Origin: an uncultured bacterium
Lineage (GTDB): Bacteria > Patescibacteriota > Minisyncoccia > Phycocordibacterales > Phycocordibacteraceae
DNA length: 64,000 nucleotides
Direction: 5' to 3'
NCBI GenBank assembly: GCA_947085985.1
Contig: CAMTYL010000003.1
Coordinates: forward strand, 362,108-426,107
Below the pieces are notes generated by a model. The model was not told where the DNA came from. It ran no database searches and saw only the letters and a list, made by a program, of their open reading frames with translations. The translations under genes were made by a program, and so were the position numbers. Of this stretch, positions 37,512-47,326 are shown piece after piece; positions within the stretch are counted from its first letter, which is position 1, and each line of letters begins with the position of its first letter.

Positions 37512-40500
37512 CTAGTCTAGGTCCTCCGCAAGACGTGCTTCTGGTGTGGATATCTGTGTATTAAGAAATGCTCGTGTACCTGGACCAAAGAGCCCCGTCC
37601 CCTTCGTGAGTCCAATTGGTTTCAAGATTGCTGTAGCATTTGCTTCCTGGTAGCGCTTAAGTGCCAGCTGTGTGCGGGTACCAAAATACTCAGTTTCGTT
37701 TCCAGGCGCTCCTGCTCCGGTGCTCGCTATAGTAAATCCGTGGGTGTTTAAGAATTGCTGCAGGCGTTTAACGTCTGCGTGCGTTTCACCGGCTCTAAGA
37801 GTTCGCTCAAATGAACCGCGGACCAGGAGCACTGGCTGCTGCGACACCTGCGCACTCACATTACTGAAAACGGACAGATGAGACCATCTTGCGACAAGTG
37901 CTGCCGCTTCTGCAAAGTTCCCCATACGCTTAAGCGCCTCTACGCGATCAACGATGCTTACCGAGTAACGTTTTGATGTTGAGGATACGTCCGCCGCGAC
38001 CACGGCTTCAGATTCAGCTTCAGTTTCGGCTTCGTCCCCAAAGATGGCAAAGTCCGAAAAGCTTGTTGTGGTACAGGTCACTGTTTTCGCGCCTGTATTC
38101 ACCGTACAACCAGAGAGTTCAGACCAGGCAGCACCGTCGTAGCGATGTATTTTGAGCGACGTCGCGTCGAGCCCAGAAACGTCGCTGTCACTGTAGGCGA
38201 GGGTTACCGTCACTGGCTCTTCAAATGTAGAAAGCGCAGTAGAGGTATCGGTATATGCGGAAAGATTGTAAACAGTAGTGCCCGCCCGACTCTTCCCACT
38301 TGGACCGGTGACGTTTGAAAAGAAGGTAGAGCCGTCTAGTTTCTTAGCTTGAAAGGATGCCTGCGAGGAACTAGCAGTAAACGATGCCGGTATCGTGAGG
38401 GTGAGCACATCCTGCGTGAGTGTGCCTCCAGACGCTACAGTTATATCGTCTTCATTATTAGCGGTGATGGTGGCACCTCCAGAACACCCAGCTGTCTTGA
38501 AGGTAGAAAGAGAGCTTGTCGCTATTTCATTGGATTCATTCTTACTCACGGTGTAGTACTTGTAGACTGCACACGGGCGCAAGCCAGAGAGATTGACTGA
38601 GTGACTGGTCACACGACTAGACGTGTTTGCTTCAGGCGTCGAAGACGCGAGACCGTTTGTAAATCCAAAGAACATCTTTGATGAGCCTTCAACAGGCGTG
38701 GCCCACGTGACGGTAGCAGCTGAAGTATTCGCTGAGGCCGCAACCCCCGAAGGAGCAGGCTGATTTGCAAGAGTCACCGTACGCGCGGTTGAGGTTGCGT
38801 AGTTATTAGCACTATCACGCGCAACCGCAATGACGGTTTTCGTGCCTGAGGTTGTTGCGGTGAGACTATTCCAAACAATTCCATACGGCGCACTTGTGTC
38901 CTCCGCTCCAACCAACACGTTATTTACGTAGAACTTCACTCCTGCCACTGCTATATTGTCTGATGCATCCGCGGTAATACCAATCGCACTCCCTCGAATC
39001 GTCACTCCGTTATCCGGCAGTGTGAGTACTACTGTTGGCGGAGTCGGGTCGCTTATGTACTCCATGGCACCAATATCAGGTGTGACGTCGCGTGCAGTAC
39101 GCGATTGATCGGCTGTCGGTACCTCAATAGTTACGAGCGCGGTAGTTGTCGCATTATTAATAGCAATACTGTCCGCAAGAAGCGTGAACGCCCCTATATC
39201 GGTATCAAATGTACTGTTTAGGTTGAGCCCTCCCGTCGGACTCGCACTTCCCACCTTCCGATAGACATCGTCTCCTGCTCCAGAACCTGCTTGGTCATAC
39301 CAGGTGTTGGTATTGAGACCGCTGGTGCTCGGGACCTTGCTAATGATGTTGTTGCCGGCGTCCGTGATACCGGAGACATCATACGCTCCCGAGACATCAC
39401 GCAAGTAGGTGCCTTGTTTTTTATTGTTGGCGACGATGGTGTTTTTGAGATGCACCGTTCCTCCTCCGGTACTCACGGCTGGTGTATATGAATTGTTTGA
39501 ACTGAGATGATTGTTTTCCACAATACTTGAGTTGAGTACATAGACCGTTCCTTCGCGCGCAAAGATACCTGAGCCACCGACAGTGGCTGAGCTGGATGTC
39601 TGAGTGTTATATGCAATGGTCGTGTTGATGAGCGTTGCACTTGTTGGGCGCGCAGATTGTGTGCCGGTGTGGCTATTATTGAGCCCGCCACCTTGTGAGT
39701 ATGTGTGATTGTAGAGAATCGCTGAATCGCGCAGGGTGAGCGTTCCTTTGTTGCTTATACCGCCACCCTGGCCGGATGTTGACACTTGCACATAGTTATC
39801 TCGAACATGCACCCGCTCAAGGGTGGTGGTGCCGTTGTTCAAAATACCGCCACCGTCAGACGACGCGCCGCTGGTGAGCCGACCGTGTCGGACCGTGAGG
39901 TCTTGAAGAGTCGTGCTTGCAATTGATGCAATGGTGAACACACTACGGTCTCCCGTGGTTGAGGCAGTCGCTGCCTGGATGATGGTTGAGGTGGCGCTTT
40001 GGCCTCGTATAGTAAAATTGAATCTGCTGATTGTATATCCAGAAGAAACCGCGTCGCCCGTTTCGTCTGTGTCCGTCCAGGTAAATGTGCCGTTAAGATG
40101 TATCGTGTCTCCGTCCAAAGATGCTGTGTAGGCTTTATTAAAAGTTTTGTACGGACTACCTGAAGAACCAGTACCGGTACTATCGTTACCAGTCGAGCTA
40201 TTGGCATAGAGAGTAGTGCCTGCATACGCACTACGCGTTATTGGATTGTTGGCGCCAGAAGTGGTTAGATATTTTTCCTCGGTTTCAATGCCATTGTACT
40301 CAACGACATGCACACGGTAGTTCTTAGCGTAATCTAATCCGGAAATAGCAACACTCGACCCTCTACCTTTGTACACCGCATACCACCCACTTGACCCTAT
40401 CTGATCTCCACCTCTAAAGGTGGTGCTTGCAGTATAGGTAGTGTTATCGACCGGAGCAGCCTGTCCACTCGTAGCATCCTCTTTTACAAAGACTAGACGA

Positions 40501-41831
40501 CGTTCTCCATCTCCGTTTGTCCAGGAAAGGTTCATGTTCCTGTCCGCTACTGTTCCCGCAATTAGCTCACTTCCGGTAGTCGCTGGCGCGGCATTGTTGG
40601 CTGCGTAAAATTCATACGCACCTATGTCTGCCAAGCCCGATCTCGCCTGAATTGCCTGGTCTGTGGAGGGCACGTCAAGAGTTGAGAGCGCGGTGGTGGT
40701 GCTGTTATTAACGGCTATGCTCGTTCCTCCTATGCGAAGATACCCACCGCTTTGTAATACATCGTCCAAAAAAAGTCCTCCTGTGGGGCTCGCACTTCCC
40801 ACCTTTCGATAGACATTGTCTCCTAGTCCAGAACCTGCTTGGTCATACCAGGTGTTTGTGTTGAGGCCGCTCGTGCTTGATATCAAGCTGATGATGTTGT
40901 TTCCGCCATCAGTTATGCCAGACACTTCATAGGCTCCCGAGACATCACGCAAGTAGGTGCCTTGTTTTTTGTTGTTGGCGACAATGGTGTTTTTGAGATG
41001 TACGGTGCCGCCGCCGGTACTCACGGCTGGCGTGTATGAATTATTTGAACTGAGGTGGTTATTCTCCACAATACTTGAGTTGAGTACGTAGACTGTTCCT
41101 TCGCGCGCAAAGATACCTGAGCCACCGACAGTGGCGGATGAGGCCGACTGGGTATTGTATGCAATGGTCGTGTTGACGACATACATCACCGTTGGACGGC
41201 TTCCTTGTGTACCAGTGTGGCTATTATTGAGCCCGCCACCTTGTGAAATCGCATGGTTGTAGAGAATCGCGGAATCTCGTAGAGTGAGCGTTCCTTTGTT
41301 GCTGATACCGCCACCAGTACCGCTGCTTGAAACCTGCGCATAGTTTTCACGGACATGCGCACGCTCGAGGGTGGTGGTGCCGTTGTTCAACATACCGCCA
41401 CCGTCAGACGAACCGCTGGTGAGCCGTCCGTGCCTGATGGTGAGGTCTTGAATTGTGGTCGATGCCGTAGCGTCGATGGTGAACACTCGACGGTCACCCG
41501 TGGTTGAGGCAGTCGCTGCCTGGATGATGGTTGAGGTGGCGCCTTGGCCTCGTATGACGATGTCCTTAGCGAGGGTGTAGCCAGTAGAAGAGCTGTCTCC
41601 TGTCTCGTCGGCACTGCTCCAATCAAAGGTACCCGCAAGATCGATGGTGTCGCCCGCGGTCGCTTCTGTGTATGCCTTATGAAAGGTTTTGTAAGGGTTG
41701 CCTGAGGTTCCATCTCCCGTCGTATCGTTGCCCGTGGAGCTATTGGCGTACCAGGTAGCAGCAAACGCTTCGCTTGCACCAAGCGAAAAGAATAGCGCCA
41801 CCAATACCAGAAACCGTATGCCCCGTACCAT
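37512..41831 (-). CDS. Giant secreted surface protein (1439 aa): signal peptide, two tandem-duplicated right-handed beta-helix (PbH1-like) modules, Ig/FN3-like regions, C-terminal peptidoglycan-binding domain
   Basis: N-terminal MVRGIRFLVLVALFFSLGASEAFA; repeated block SATVGGSGIFAREGTVYVLNSSIVENNHLSSNNSYTPAVSTGGGTVHLKNTIVANNKKQG twice; C-terminal PG_binding_1-like ...DVKRLQQFLN...FGTRTQLALKRYQ. Confidence 0.7.
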   Translation of the reverse strand: MVRGIRFLVLVALFFSLGASEAFAATWYANSSTGNDTTGDGTSGNPYKTFHKAYTEATAGDTIDLAGTFDWSSADETGDSSSTGYTLAKDIVIRGQGATSTIIQAATASTTGDRRVFTIDATASTTIQDLTIRHGRLTSGSSDGGGMLNNGTTTLERAHVRENYAQVSSSGTGGGISNKGTLTLRDSAILYNHAISQGGGLNNSHTGTQGSRPTVMYVVNTTIAYNTQSASSATVGGSGIFAREGTVYVLNSSIVENNHLSSNNSYTPAVSTGGGTVHLKNTIVANNKKQGTYLRDVSGAYEVSGITDGGNNIISLISSTSGLNTNTWYDQAGSGLGDNVYRKVGSASPTGGLFLDDVLQSGGYLRIGGTSIAVNNSTTTALSTLDVPSTDQAIQARSGLADIGAYEFYAANNAAPATTGSELIAGTVADRNMNLSWTNGDGERRLVFVKEDATSGQAAPVDNTTYTASTTFRGGDQIGSSGWYAVYKGRGSSVAISGLDYAKNYRVHVVEYNGIETEEKYLTTSGANNPITRSAYAGTTLYANSSTGNDSTGTGSSGSPYKTFNKAYTASLDGDTIHLNGTFTWTDTDETGDAVSSGYTISRFNFTIRGQSATSTIIQAATASTTGDRSVFTIASIASTTLQDLTVRHGRLTSGASSDGGGILNNGTTTLERVHVRDNYVQVSTSGQGGGISNKGTLTLRDSAILYNHTYSQGGGLNNSHTGTQSARPTSATLINTTIAYNTQTSSSATVGGSGIFAREGTVYVLNSSIVENNHLSSNNSYTPAVSTGGGTVHLKNTIVANNKKQGTYLRDVSGAYDVSGITDAGNNIISKVPSTSGLNTNTWYDQAGSGAGDDVYRKVGSASPTGGLNLNSTFDTDIGAFTLLADSIAINNATTTALVTIEVPTADQSRTARDVTPDIGAMEYISDPTPPTVVLTLPDNGVTIRGSAIGITADASDNIAVAGVKFYVNNVLVGAEDTSAPYGIVWNSLTATTSGTKTVIAVARDSANNYATSTARTVTLANQPAPSGVAASANTSAATVTWATPVEGSSKMFFGFTNGLASSTPEANTSSRVTSHSVNLSGLRPCAVYKYYTVSKNESNEIATSSLSTFKTAGCSGGATITANNEDDITVASGGTLTQDVLTLTIPASFTASSSQASFQAKKLDGSTFFSNVTGPSGKSRAGTTVYNLSAYTDTSTALSTFEEPVTVTLAYSDSDVSGLDATSLKIHRYDGAAWSELSGCTVNTGAKTVTCTTTSFSDFAIFGDEAETEAESEAVVAADVSSTSKRYSVSIVDRVEALKRMGNFAEAAALVARWSHLSVFSNVSAQVSQQPVLLVRGSFERTLRAGETHADVKRLQQFLNTHGFTIASTGAGAPGNETEYFGTRTQLALKRYQEANATAILKPIGLTKGTGLFGPGTRAFLNTQISTPEARLAEDLD

Positions 41832-41887
41832 TACAGGAATTCTAGCACGTGTACAATCGGTGCTATACTTTGGCCGTACAACCGAAT

Positions 41888-42025
41888 ACGCAGTATCAAG
41901 AGTGCAGCGAGGGAATCAGCCCTACGACCTGCCAGCAACCAGTCGCGCGCGACAACGGTGCTTCTGAACCCGCAAGGGAACGATGCCTTTTACGAACGCA
42001 TCTTCCTGCACGGAAGATGCTTTCG
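41888..42025 (+). promoter_or_regulatory. SAM-I (S-box) riboswitch with expression-platform terminator hairpin, in metK leader
   Basis: uaUCAAGAGugcaGCGAGGGAaucaGCCCuacGAccuGCcaGCAACCagu...GGUGCuucuGAA matches S-box core; hairpin gcatcttcc-tgcac-ggaagatgc + tttcgttt at 41997-42027. Confidence 0.7.
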
Positions 42026-42186
42026 TTTGGTACTCATTTACCATGTGCACCTAACCAAGGGCGTTCAAAAATTTGATAGATGCGCGACGGGCGCGAGGAG
42101 TGATGTGAGCCGTATGAGCTATACGGTGAACGAGCCCCGGAGCGCACAACAAAGCAGCTGCGAATTTTTGGCCGCACTTCTACCCT

Positions 42187-43239
42187 ATGTTCCATTTGTT
42201 AACGAGATATACAACGGAGAGTGTTACTGCAGGTCACCCCGACAAAGTCTGCGACCAGATGTCAGACGCAATACTTGATGCGTGTCTTGCACAAGACTCA
42301 AAGAGTCGCGTGGCAGTAGAGACGTTCGGCAGTCACGGCACACTTATGATTGGGGGAGAAGTGACCACGAATGCTGACGTTGATTACGAAGCTATTGCCC
42401 GCAAGGTGTACGCCGATATTGGGTACACTGATCCGCTTGAAGTGTTTGAGCGTGTAGTGACACAATCGGGCGATATCGCGCAGGGCGTAGACACCGGAGG
42501 GGCTGGCGACCAGGGCATTATGTACGGCTATGCCACCGACGAGACTCCAGAGTTCCTTCCACTTGGTGTCGTACTCGCGCATGCCCTCGCACGTCGTCTA
42601 GAAGAACTTCGCACCAGCGGCACCCTTCCCTACTTGCGCCCCGACGGCAAGACACAGGTGACTATCAGTGATGGCAAGGTAGTGACCGCGCTCACCTCTA
42701 CCCAACACGCAGAAGACGTGGAGCAGGACACTATTCGCAAAGACTTGATTGAGCATTTATTCGTTCCGATTCTAGGCGATGTATCAAACATTGAGATTCT
42801 GGTGAACCCAACAGGACGCTTTGTTGCGGGCGGATTCAGTGCAGACGCAGGACTCACCGGTCGCAAGATTATGGTGGACACCTATGGCGGACTGATGCCG
42901 CACGGCGGGGGTGCCTTCTCCGGAAAAGACGCAACAAAAGTGGATCGCTCGGCCGCATACATGTGTCGCCTGGTAGCAAAGAGTCTGGTAGCAAATGGGT
43001 ATGCCAAGAAGGCACTGGTGTCTGTAGCCTATGCTATCGGCCGAGTAGAGCCTGTGATGGTGGAAGCGTACAGCGAAGACGGGACCAACCTCTCAGACAT
43101 TGTGAACAAGAATTTTGACTTCCGTCCCTTTGCTATTCGCGAACGCCTCGGGCTTACCCGCCCCATCTTCCGTGAGACTGCGGCCTATGGACACTTTGGT
43201 GTCGCGGGGCGCCCATGGGAAGAGATAGTGAAGATATAA
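42187..43239 (+). CDS. metK: S-adenosylmethionine synthetase
   Basis: TESVTAGHPDKVCDQ, GGGAFSGKD, KVDRSAAY MetK motifs. Confidence 0.9.
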   Translation: MFHLLTRYTTESVTAGHPDKVCDQMSDAILDACLAQDSKSRVAVETFGSHGTLMIGGEVTTNADVDYEAIARKVYADIGYTDPLEVFERVVTQSGDIAQGVDTGGAGDQGIMYGYATDETPEFLPLGVVLAHALARRLEELRTSGTLPYLRPDGKTQVTISDGKVVTALTSTQHAEDVEQDTIRKDLIEHLFVPILGDVSNIEILVNPTGRFVAGGFSADAGLTGRKIMVDTYGGLMPHGGGAFSGKDATKVDRSAAYMCRLVAKSLVANGYAKKALVSVAYAIGRVEPVMVEAYSEDGTNLSDIVNKNFDFRPFAIRERLGLTRPIFRETAAYGHFGVAGRPWEEIVKI

Positions 43240-43282
43240 CAAGAAACATAATCATAGAAAGAGGCGCCATTGGCGCCTCTTT

Positions 43283-43954
43283 CTATTTTATTTCAACGAG
43301 AATCTCGTGGCGCGACAGCCAAGGCGGCGTACCTGGAGCGTTGTACCCAGCGTATGAAGGAGTACCCAGAACCACTTCACCATCGCGTTCAAGTAGCCCA
43401 AGAAGTTCTACCTTCATTGTTTCAATGCCCGACGTGCTTCTGTATCCACTATAGCGGAGCGCCGCAATCTTTCTCTCAGGAACTGCCACAAGCTGCACTC
43501 GCGCATCGTTTGGGGTAGGCAGCTTCTCAAGCGTGTATGAACGAGGCATGACAAAGGATACGACATACGCGCCAGCATTTTCAGTAGCAACAACCGGTGC
43601 GGTCATGGGAATTTTTTCAGACGCAACCTTAGTACGTACCACTGGTGCGGTCATGGCGATTCTCTCCGACGATGCTTCAACACTTCCAACGGGTGCTGTC
43701 ATAGCAATAGAAGTCTTGCTCGTGTTTCCACCAAAAATGTATCCTGCGATAATGGTGAACCCTTCACCCATAGCCTTATCGCTTGCACCGGAAACTACAG
43801 TTTGCGCTTCAATGTGCGGCGCATAACTACGCACTTCATATCCTCGCTTCTTGGATAGAACAGTGTAGGAAGCCTGTTCAACGCGCGAGGCCAAAAGCCC
43901 CCAAAGCGACCACACCACAAAAACTCCGACAACAACGAGGAAGAGTATTTTCAT
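43283..43954 (-). CDS. SOUL/heme-binding-protein family protein with internal IAMTAPV repeats, N-terminal TM anchor
   Basis: SOUL-like N-terminal region; three MTAPV repeats. Confidence 0.5.
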   Translation of the reverse strand: MKILFLVVVGVFVVWSLWGLLASRVEQASYTVLSKKRGYEVRSYAPHIEAQTVVSGASDKAMGEGFTIIAGYIFGGNTSKTSIAMTAPVGSVEASSERIAMTAPVVRTKVASEKIPMTAPVVATENAGAYVVSFVMPRSYTLEKLPTPNDARVQLVAVPERKIAALRYSGYRSTSGIETMKVELLGLLERDGEVVLGTPSYAGYNAPGTPPWLSRHEILVEIK

Positions 43955-44027
43955 AGGTATAGTCTACTCCTATTTGTACAGAAAAGGGCGCCACCTCCCC
44001 ACGGAGGTAGCGCCCTTTTCGCAACCA

Positions 44028-44573
44028 CTACTTCTTGGCAGTCTTCTTCGCTACTACCTTCTTTACTGCAGCCGCCTTCTTTGGCTTTTCTTCTACGGCA
44101 GCAGAGGAAGAAAGAATAGCTGAGTACGCGGTGTTAGAAAGCTGATCCGAGAGCGCTTCAAGCTTCGCGTTCACGCTCTGCAATTCTTTTAGGATTGCAT
44201 CAATCCGGAAGTCGGGCGCAGCTGTGCGAACAGGTGCACGGTCACTTCCGTAGGAAGGTCGGTCGTTACCGAAACTCTTCTTCTGGAACGAGTCGCGCGG
44301 AGCGCCCGCTCCACCTCGAGGCGAGCGCTCGTCGTCACGTACAAAGCAGTCCTTACAGTAGACCGGCTTCATGCCGTTTGGGCGGAATGGTACCTCGCAC
44401 GCGTTCTGACACTTTGCGCAGGAAGTCTTGTAGAGCTCTTTTGGAGCGTCAAATCCGCGACTGTCCTGGCGGCGAGAGCCAGCACGGTCACCAAAGCTCG
44501 GGCGTGAGCCTCCTCCACGAGAAAAACCGCCTGGAGGACCACCTTTTGTAAACTTCTTCTTGAATTCAGACAT
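44028..44573 (-). CDS. Zinc-ribbon (CxxC-x17-CxxC) protein with RGG-rich N-terminus and Lys-rich C-terminus
   Basis: CAKCQNACEVPFRPNGMKPVYCKDC; GG/RG repeats. Confidence 0.5.
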   Translation of the reverse strand: MSEFKKKFTKGGPPGGFSRGGGSRPSFGDRAGSRRQDSRGFDAPKELYKTSCAKCQNACEVPFRPNGMKPVYCKDCFVRDDERSPRGGAGAPRDSFQKKSFGNDRPSYGSDRAPVRTAAPDFRIDAILKELQSVNAKLEALSDQLSNTAYSAILSSSAAVEEKPKKAAAVKKVVAKKTAKK

Positions 44574-44672
44574 AGGTATGTAGTGAGATTTAGTATATTA
44601 ATTATATCATACTGTACTAAAAAAGCAACATCTCGTGAGAGATGTTGCTTTTTGCTCCGCGCGCTTTGGAAA

Positions 44673-45236
44673 CTAGTACTCAACCGTAATCGGGAAGGAC
44701 ACGGACGCATCATGCTCGGGAAGACCTGACGGGTTGTCCTTTCTGAGCACAAGTGTCGCAGGCCCCATATATGTGCTTGGCGCTTTAATCTCTGCTCTAA
44801 ATGGCACAAAGTTTTCTGTCATCCAGTCCCCTTCTGCCTGCGCAATGCCTGTAGCTATCACCTTTCCTGACGGATCAATGAGTACTACCGGGAGCGATGC
44901 CTCAAAGTACCAGGTACCGCGCGCCTTTCCTATTACACTAAACTCCTTGCCGGTGACTGCTCCAGGAAATGGGAAATCCACCACAATGCTGTCTGCAGTT
45001 GCCGCAGTGTAGGTTGGCTCCAGCGCAATCTCTTCTGCGTAGGTGCGACCGTCGTCAGTTCTACACTGTCGCGGATTGCTCTCCATGATTGGATTACCTG
45101 CACTTACGCAGTCTTCAAAGGAGCGGATTTCGCTGTTAATTGAGGTGGGTGCCGGCTGGTCTCGTGTGACGAACCACAATCCAAACCCAACCAGCAAGAG
45201 AACAGCGACGGCGATAAGTATTGTTTTTAAGTCCAT
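44673..45236 (-). CDS. Hypothetical secreted/membrane-anchored protein
   Basis: N-terminal TM/signal anchor; terminator hairpin at 44625-44660. Confidence 0.4.
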   Translation of the reverse strand: MDLKTILIAVAVLLLVGFGLWFVTRDQPAPTSINSEIRSFEDCVSAGNPIMESNPRQCRTDDGRTYAEEIALEPTYTAATADSIVVDFPFPGAVTGKEFSVIGKARGTWYFEASLPVVLIDPSGKVIATGIAQAEGDWMTENFVPFRAEIKAPSTYMGPATLVLRKDNPSGLPEHDASVSFPITVEY

Positions 45237-45255
45237 AGTACTAGTCTAGATAGTC

Positions 45256-45606
45256 TTAATTTCGCAAATCAATGACAGTGGCGGCAGTGTCCGGGCTTGC
45301 CTGCACGCGCTCTGCCTGTCGGTACGATTCTACCTCAGATACCAAATTCTTGTTGTTTTTTTCAAGAATGCGAACTCTAAAATAGCTTGCCATCGCCGAA
45401 GGAATGGACGCAAACACGCTCATAAGTATGCCCACCCCGACCGAAACAAGTACAAGCAATGCGAGCGTGCTTTGAAACTGCCAGCCCATAAATACAAGCG
45501 ACACAACCTCTGTGTTTTGCAGCGCAAAGAGTAATGCAGCGGCTCCGAGAATAAACCCAATGAGTAGTGAAAGTATCATGATTATAAGTATACGCTGTGG
45601 AAACAA
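45256..45606 (-). CDS. LapA-domain (DUF1049) small membrane protein
   Basis: Two TM helices followed by coiled segment. Confidence 0.45.
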   Translation of the reverse strand: MFPQRILIIMILSLLIGFILGAAALLFALQNTEVVSLVFMGWQFQSTLALLVLVSVGVGILMSVFASIPSAMASYFRVRILEKNNKNLVSEVESYRQAERVQASPDTAATVIDLRN

Positions 45607-45703
45607 GCTCTAAGGCTGGTTCACTAGAGTAGCCGTGTAAGGAGTGCGATCCTTACCACCAGTAGTGAGGGGCGGCTGAAACCCTAAGGCTCCAGGGCAA
45701 GTT

Positions 45704-45916
45704 ATGAGTAGTATGCTAGAGAAACTATTTCTGCGCTCCTTTATTGTCTGCTTGATTAGCTGCGCCAGCCTCGTTCTATCCTTTATCTGGGGAGGAGACC
45801 CCGACGACCTGTACGCGCACATTGCGGCCTCACTTTTTATAATTGGCCTTGGATCATTCCTCTTTTGGTTTGTCTCATTCTTCTACAATCTGAAAAAGCA
45901 GCTCTATCCTGTTTAA
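45704..45916 (+). CDS. Hypothetical small membrane protein (70 aa)
   Basis: Two hydrophobic helices. Confidence 0.3.
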   Translation: MSSMLEKLFLRSFIVCLISCASLVLSFIWGGDPDDLYAHIAASLFIIGLGSFLFWFVSFFYNLKKQLYPV

Positions 45917-45977
45917 TAGGAGGCGAATCATTTGTTGCTCTGATATCTGACTACATCGTGGTATACCGTACGTAAGT

Positions 45978-46619
45978 ATGTTCACTGCACTTGAGACTGC
46001 ACTCCTATCATTTGCGCACTCGATGCCGCTTCCCCTTTTTGCATTTGTGGCGTCATTTGTGGAGGAGGTTATTGCACCAATACCGTCAGGTGCGGTACTC
46101 CTACTCATCGGCTCCCTTGCACAGCTTCAATCATATACAGTCCCTGCGCTTATAGTTCTGGCTCTAGTCGCTACATTTGGAAAGCTCTTCGGAGCGCTCC
46201 TCATATATGTAATTGCAGACAAAGCAGAAGATGTGGTTATGGCGCGATTCTCACACTTCCTCAGTATCAAGCATGAGGATTTGGAGAAATTTGGAGAACG
46301 GTTTGGAAATGGGTGGAAGGATTACCTGTTACTTACCCTCCTGCGTGCCCTGCCCATTGTTCCAAGCGCCGTTGTCTCCGCGGGTGCGGGTGTCCTACGT
46401 ATTCCCATGCGGTTGTTCATTTTTGCCACAGTCGTTGGTTCGTTTGTGCGGGACAGTATTTTCATTGGCATTGGATACGGCGGTTTTGTGACCGCAGCAC
46501 TTCTGCTGGACAACCTCTCAGGATACGAGTCGGCACTGCAAATTGGAGTCAGTATTGGTCTCGGCCTTGCCCTAGTCACCTATATATACTTGCGCAAGCG
46601 AAGGACGAAGCGCATCTAG
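45978..46619 (+). CDS. DedA/SNARE-associated (TVP38/TMEM64) family membrane protein
   Basis: DedA signature region ...GSFVRDSIFIGIGY..., multi-TM. Confidence 0.7.
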   Translation: MFTALETALLSFAHSMPLPLFAFVASFVEEVIAPIPSGAVLLLIGSLAQLQSYTVPALIVLALVATFGKLFGALLIYVIADKAEDVVMARFSHFLSIKHEDLEKFGERFGNGWKDYLLLTLLRALPIVPSAVVSAGAGVLRIPMRLFIFATVVGSFVRDSIFIGIGYGGFVTAALLLDNLSGYESALQIGVSIGLGLALVTYIYLRKRRTKRI

Positions 46620-46621
46620 CA

Positions 46622-47326
46622 CTATTGAGCTTGTGCGAGACACTGCTTCAGTTCCGCCGACTCTGTCCAGCCGCAGGCGCCCGTTGACTGGCGCTCACAA
46701 GTCGCCGTTTTATAGCAGCCGTACGCTTCGCGGTATTCACAAGTAGACATTATGTCGGGATTGTCGGTACACAGCTGACTGGAGCAACCACCCACAAAGC
46801 ACTTCCCTTCGGTCTTTGGTGGCACAGCAACGACGGGTTCTTCTTGCGCTGGCAGCATCGTCTCAATCTGAACCTCACCCGCTATGCTGAAGATTCCCGA
46901 GACTTGGTACTTCTGCCAATAATCACTACTAAGCAGCTCAATCGGTGTGATAGTTCCAGAAGCGATGAATCGCTTTCCGTCCTGTACGTTCTGCACACCA
47001 ACAGCAGCCTCCGTATCTAGGGCGTAATACTCACCACTGTCTGTCTTCATACCGATAGCACACTCCAGAGTTTGTGGTCCCGTAGTGTCCTTGTGAGGCA
47101 AGCACACCTTCTCACCTGAAAGCGTGCCGAAGTATGACTCCACCACAGGGCCTTGCTGCTTCTCGTTATAAATGTAGGAATTGAAGGCAAAAAATAAGCC
47201 GGTAAGAATAAGTGCCACACCAGCAACGATTATGAGGGTTCTGTTCATACCTATAAGTGTATCAAATCTGGCCCCCACGCTTAAAACGCCACTGGCATGA
47301 GAGTCACTACTGTCCGTCTTGTTCAA
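46622..47326 (-). CDS. Secreted protein with C-terminal 8-Cys module
   Basis: Signal/TM anchor; CFVGGCSSQLCTDNPDIMSTCEYREAYGCYKTATCERQSTGACGW. Confidence 0.4.
   Translation of the reverse strand: MNKTDSSDSHASGVLSVGARFDTLIGMNRTLIIVAGVALILTGLFFAFNSYIYNEKQQGPVVESYFGTLSGEKVCLPHKDTTGPQTLECAIGMKTDSGEYYALDTEAAVGVQNVQDGKRFIASGTITPIELLSSDYWQKYQVSGIFSIAGEVQIETMLPAQEEPVVAVPPKTEGKCFVGGCSSQLCTDNPDIMSTCEYREAYGCYKTATCERQSTGACGWTESAELKQCLAQAQ

Noticed and set aside
45607-45703. Riboswitch-like leader (AGAGUAGC / AGUAGUGAGGGG strings, yybP-ykoY-like) upstream of a small membrane protein and DedA
   Set aside because: It resembles the Mn-riboswitch consensus only in short fragments. No convincing four-way junction could be drawn by eye, and it needs an Rfam scan.
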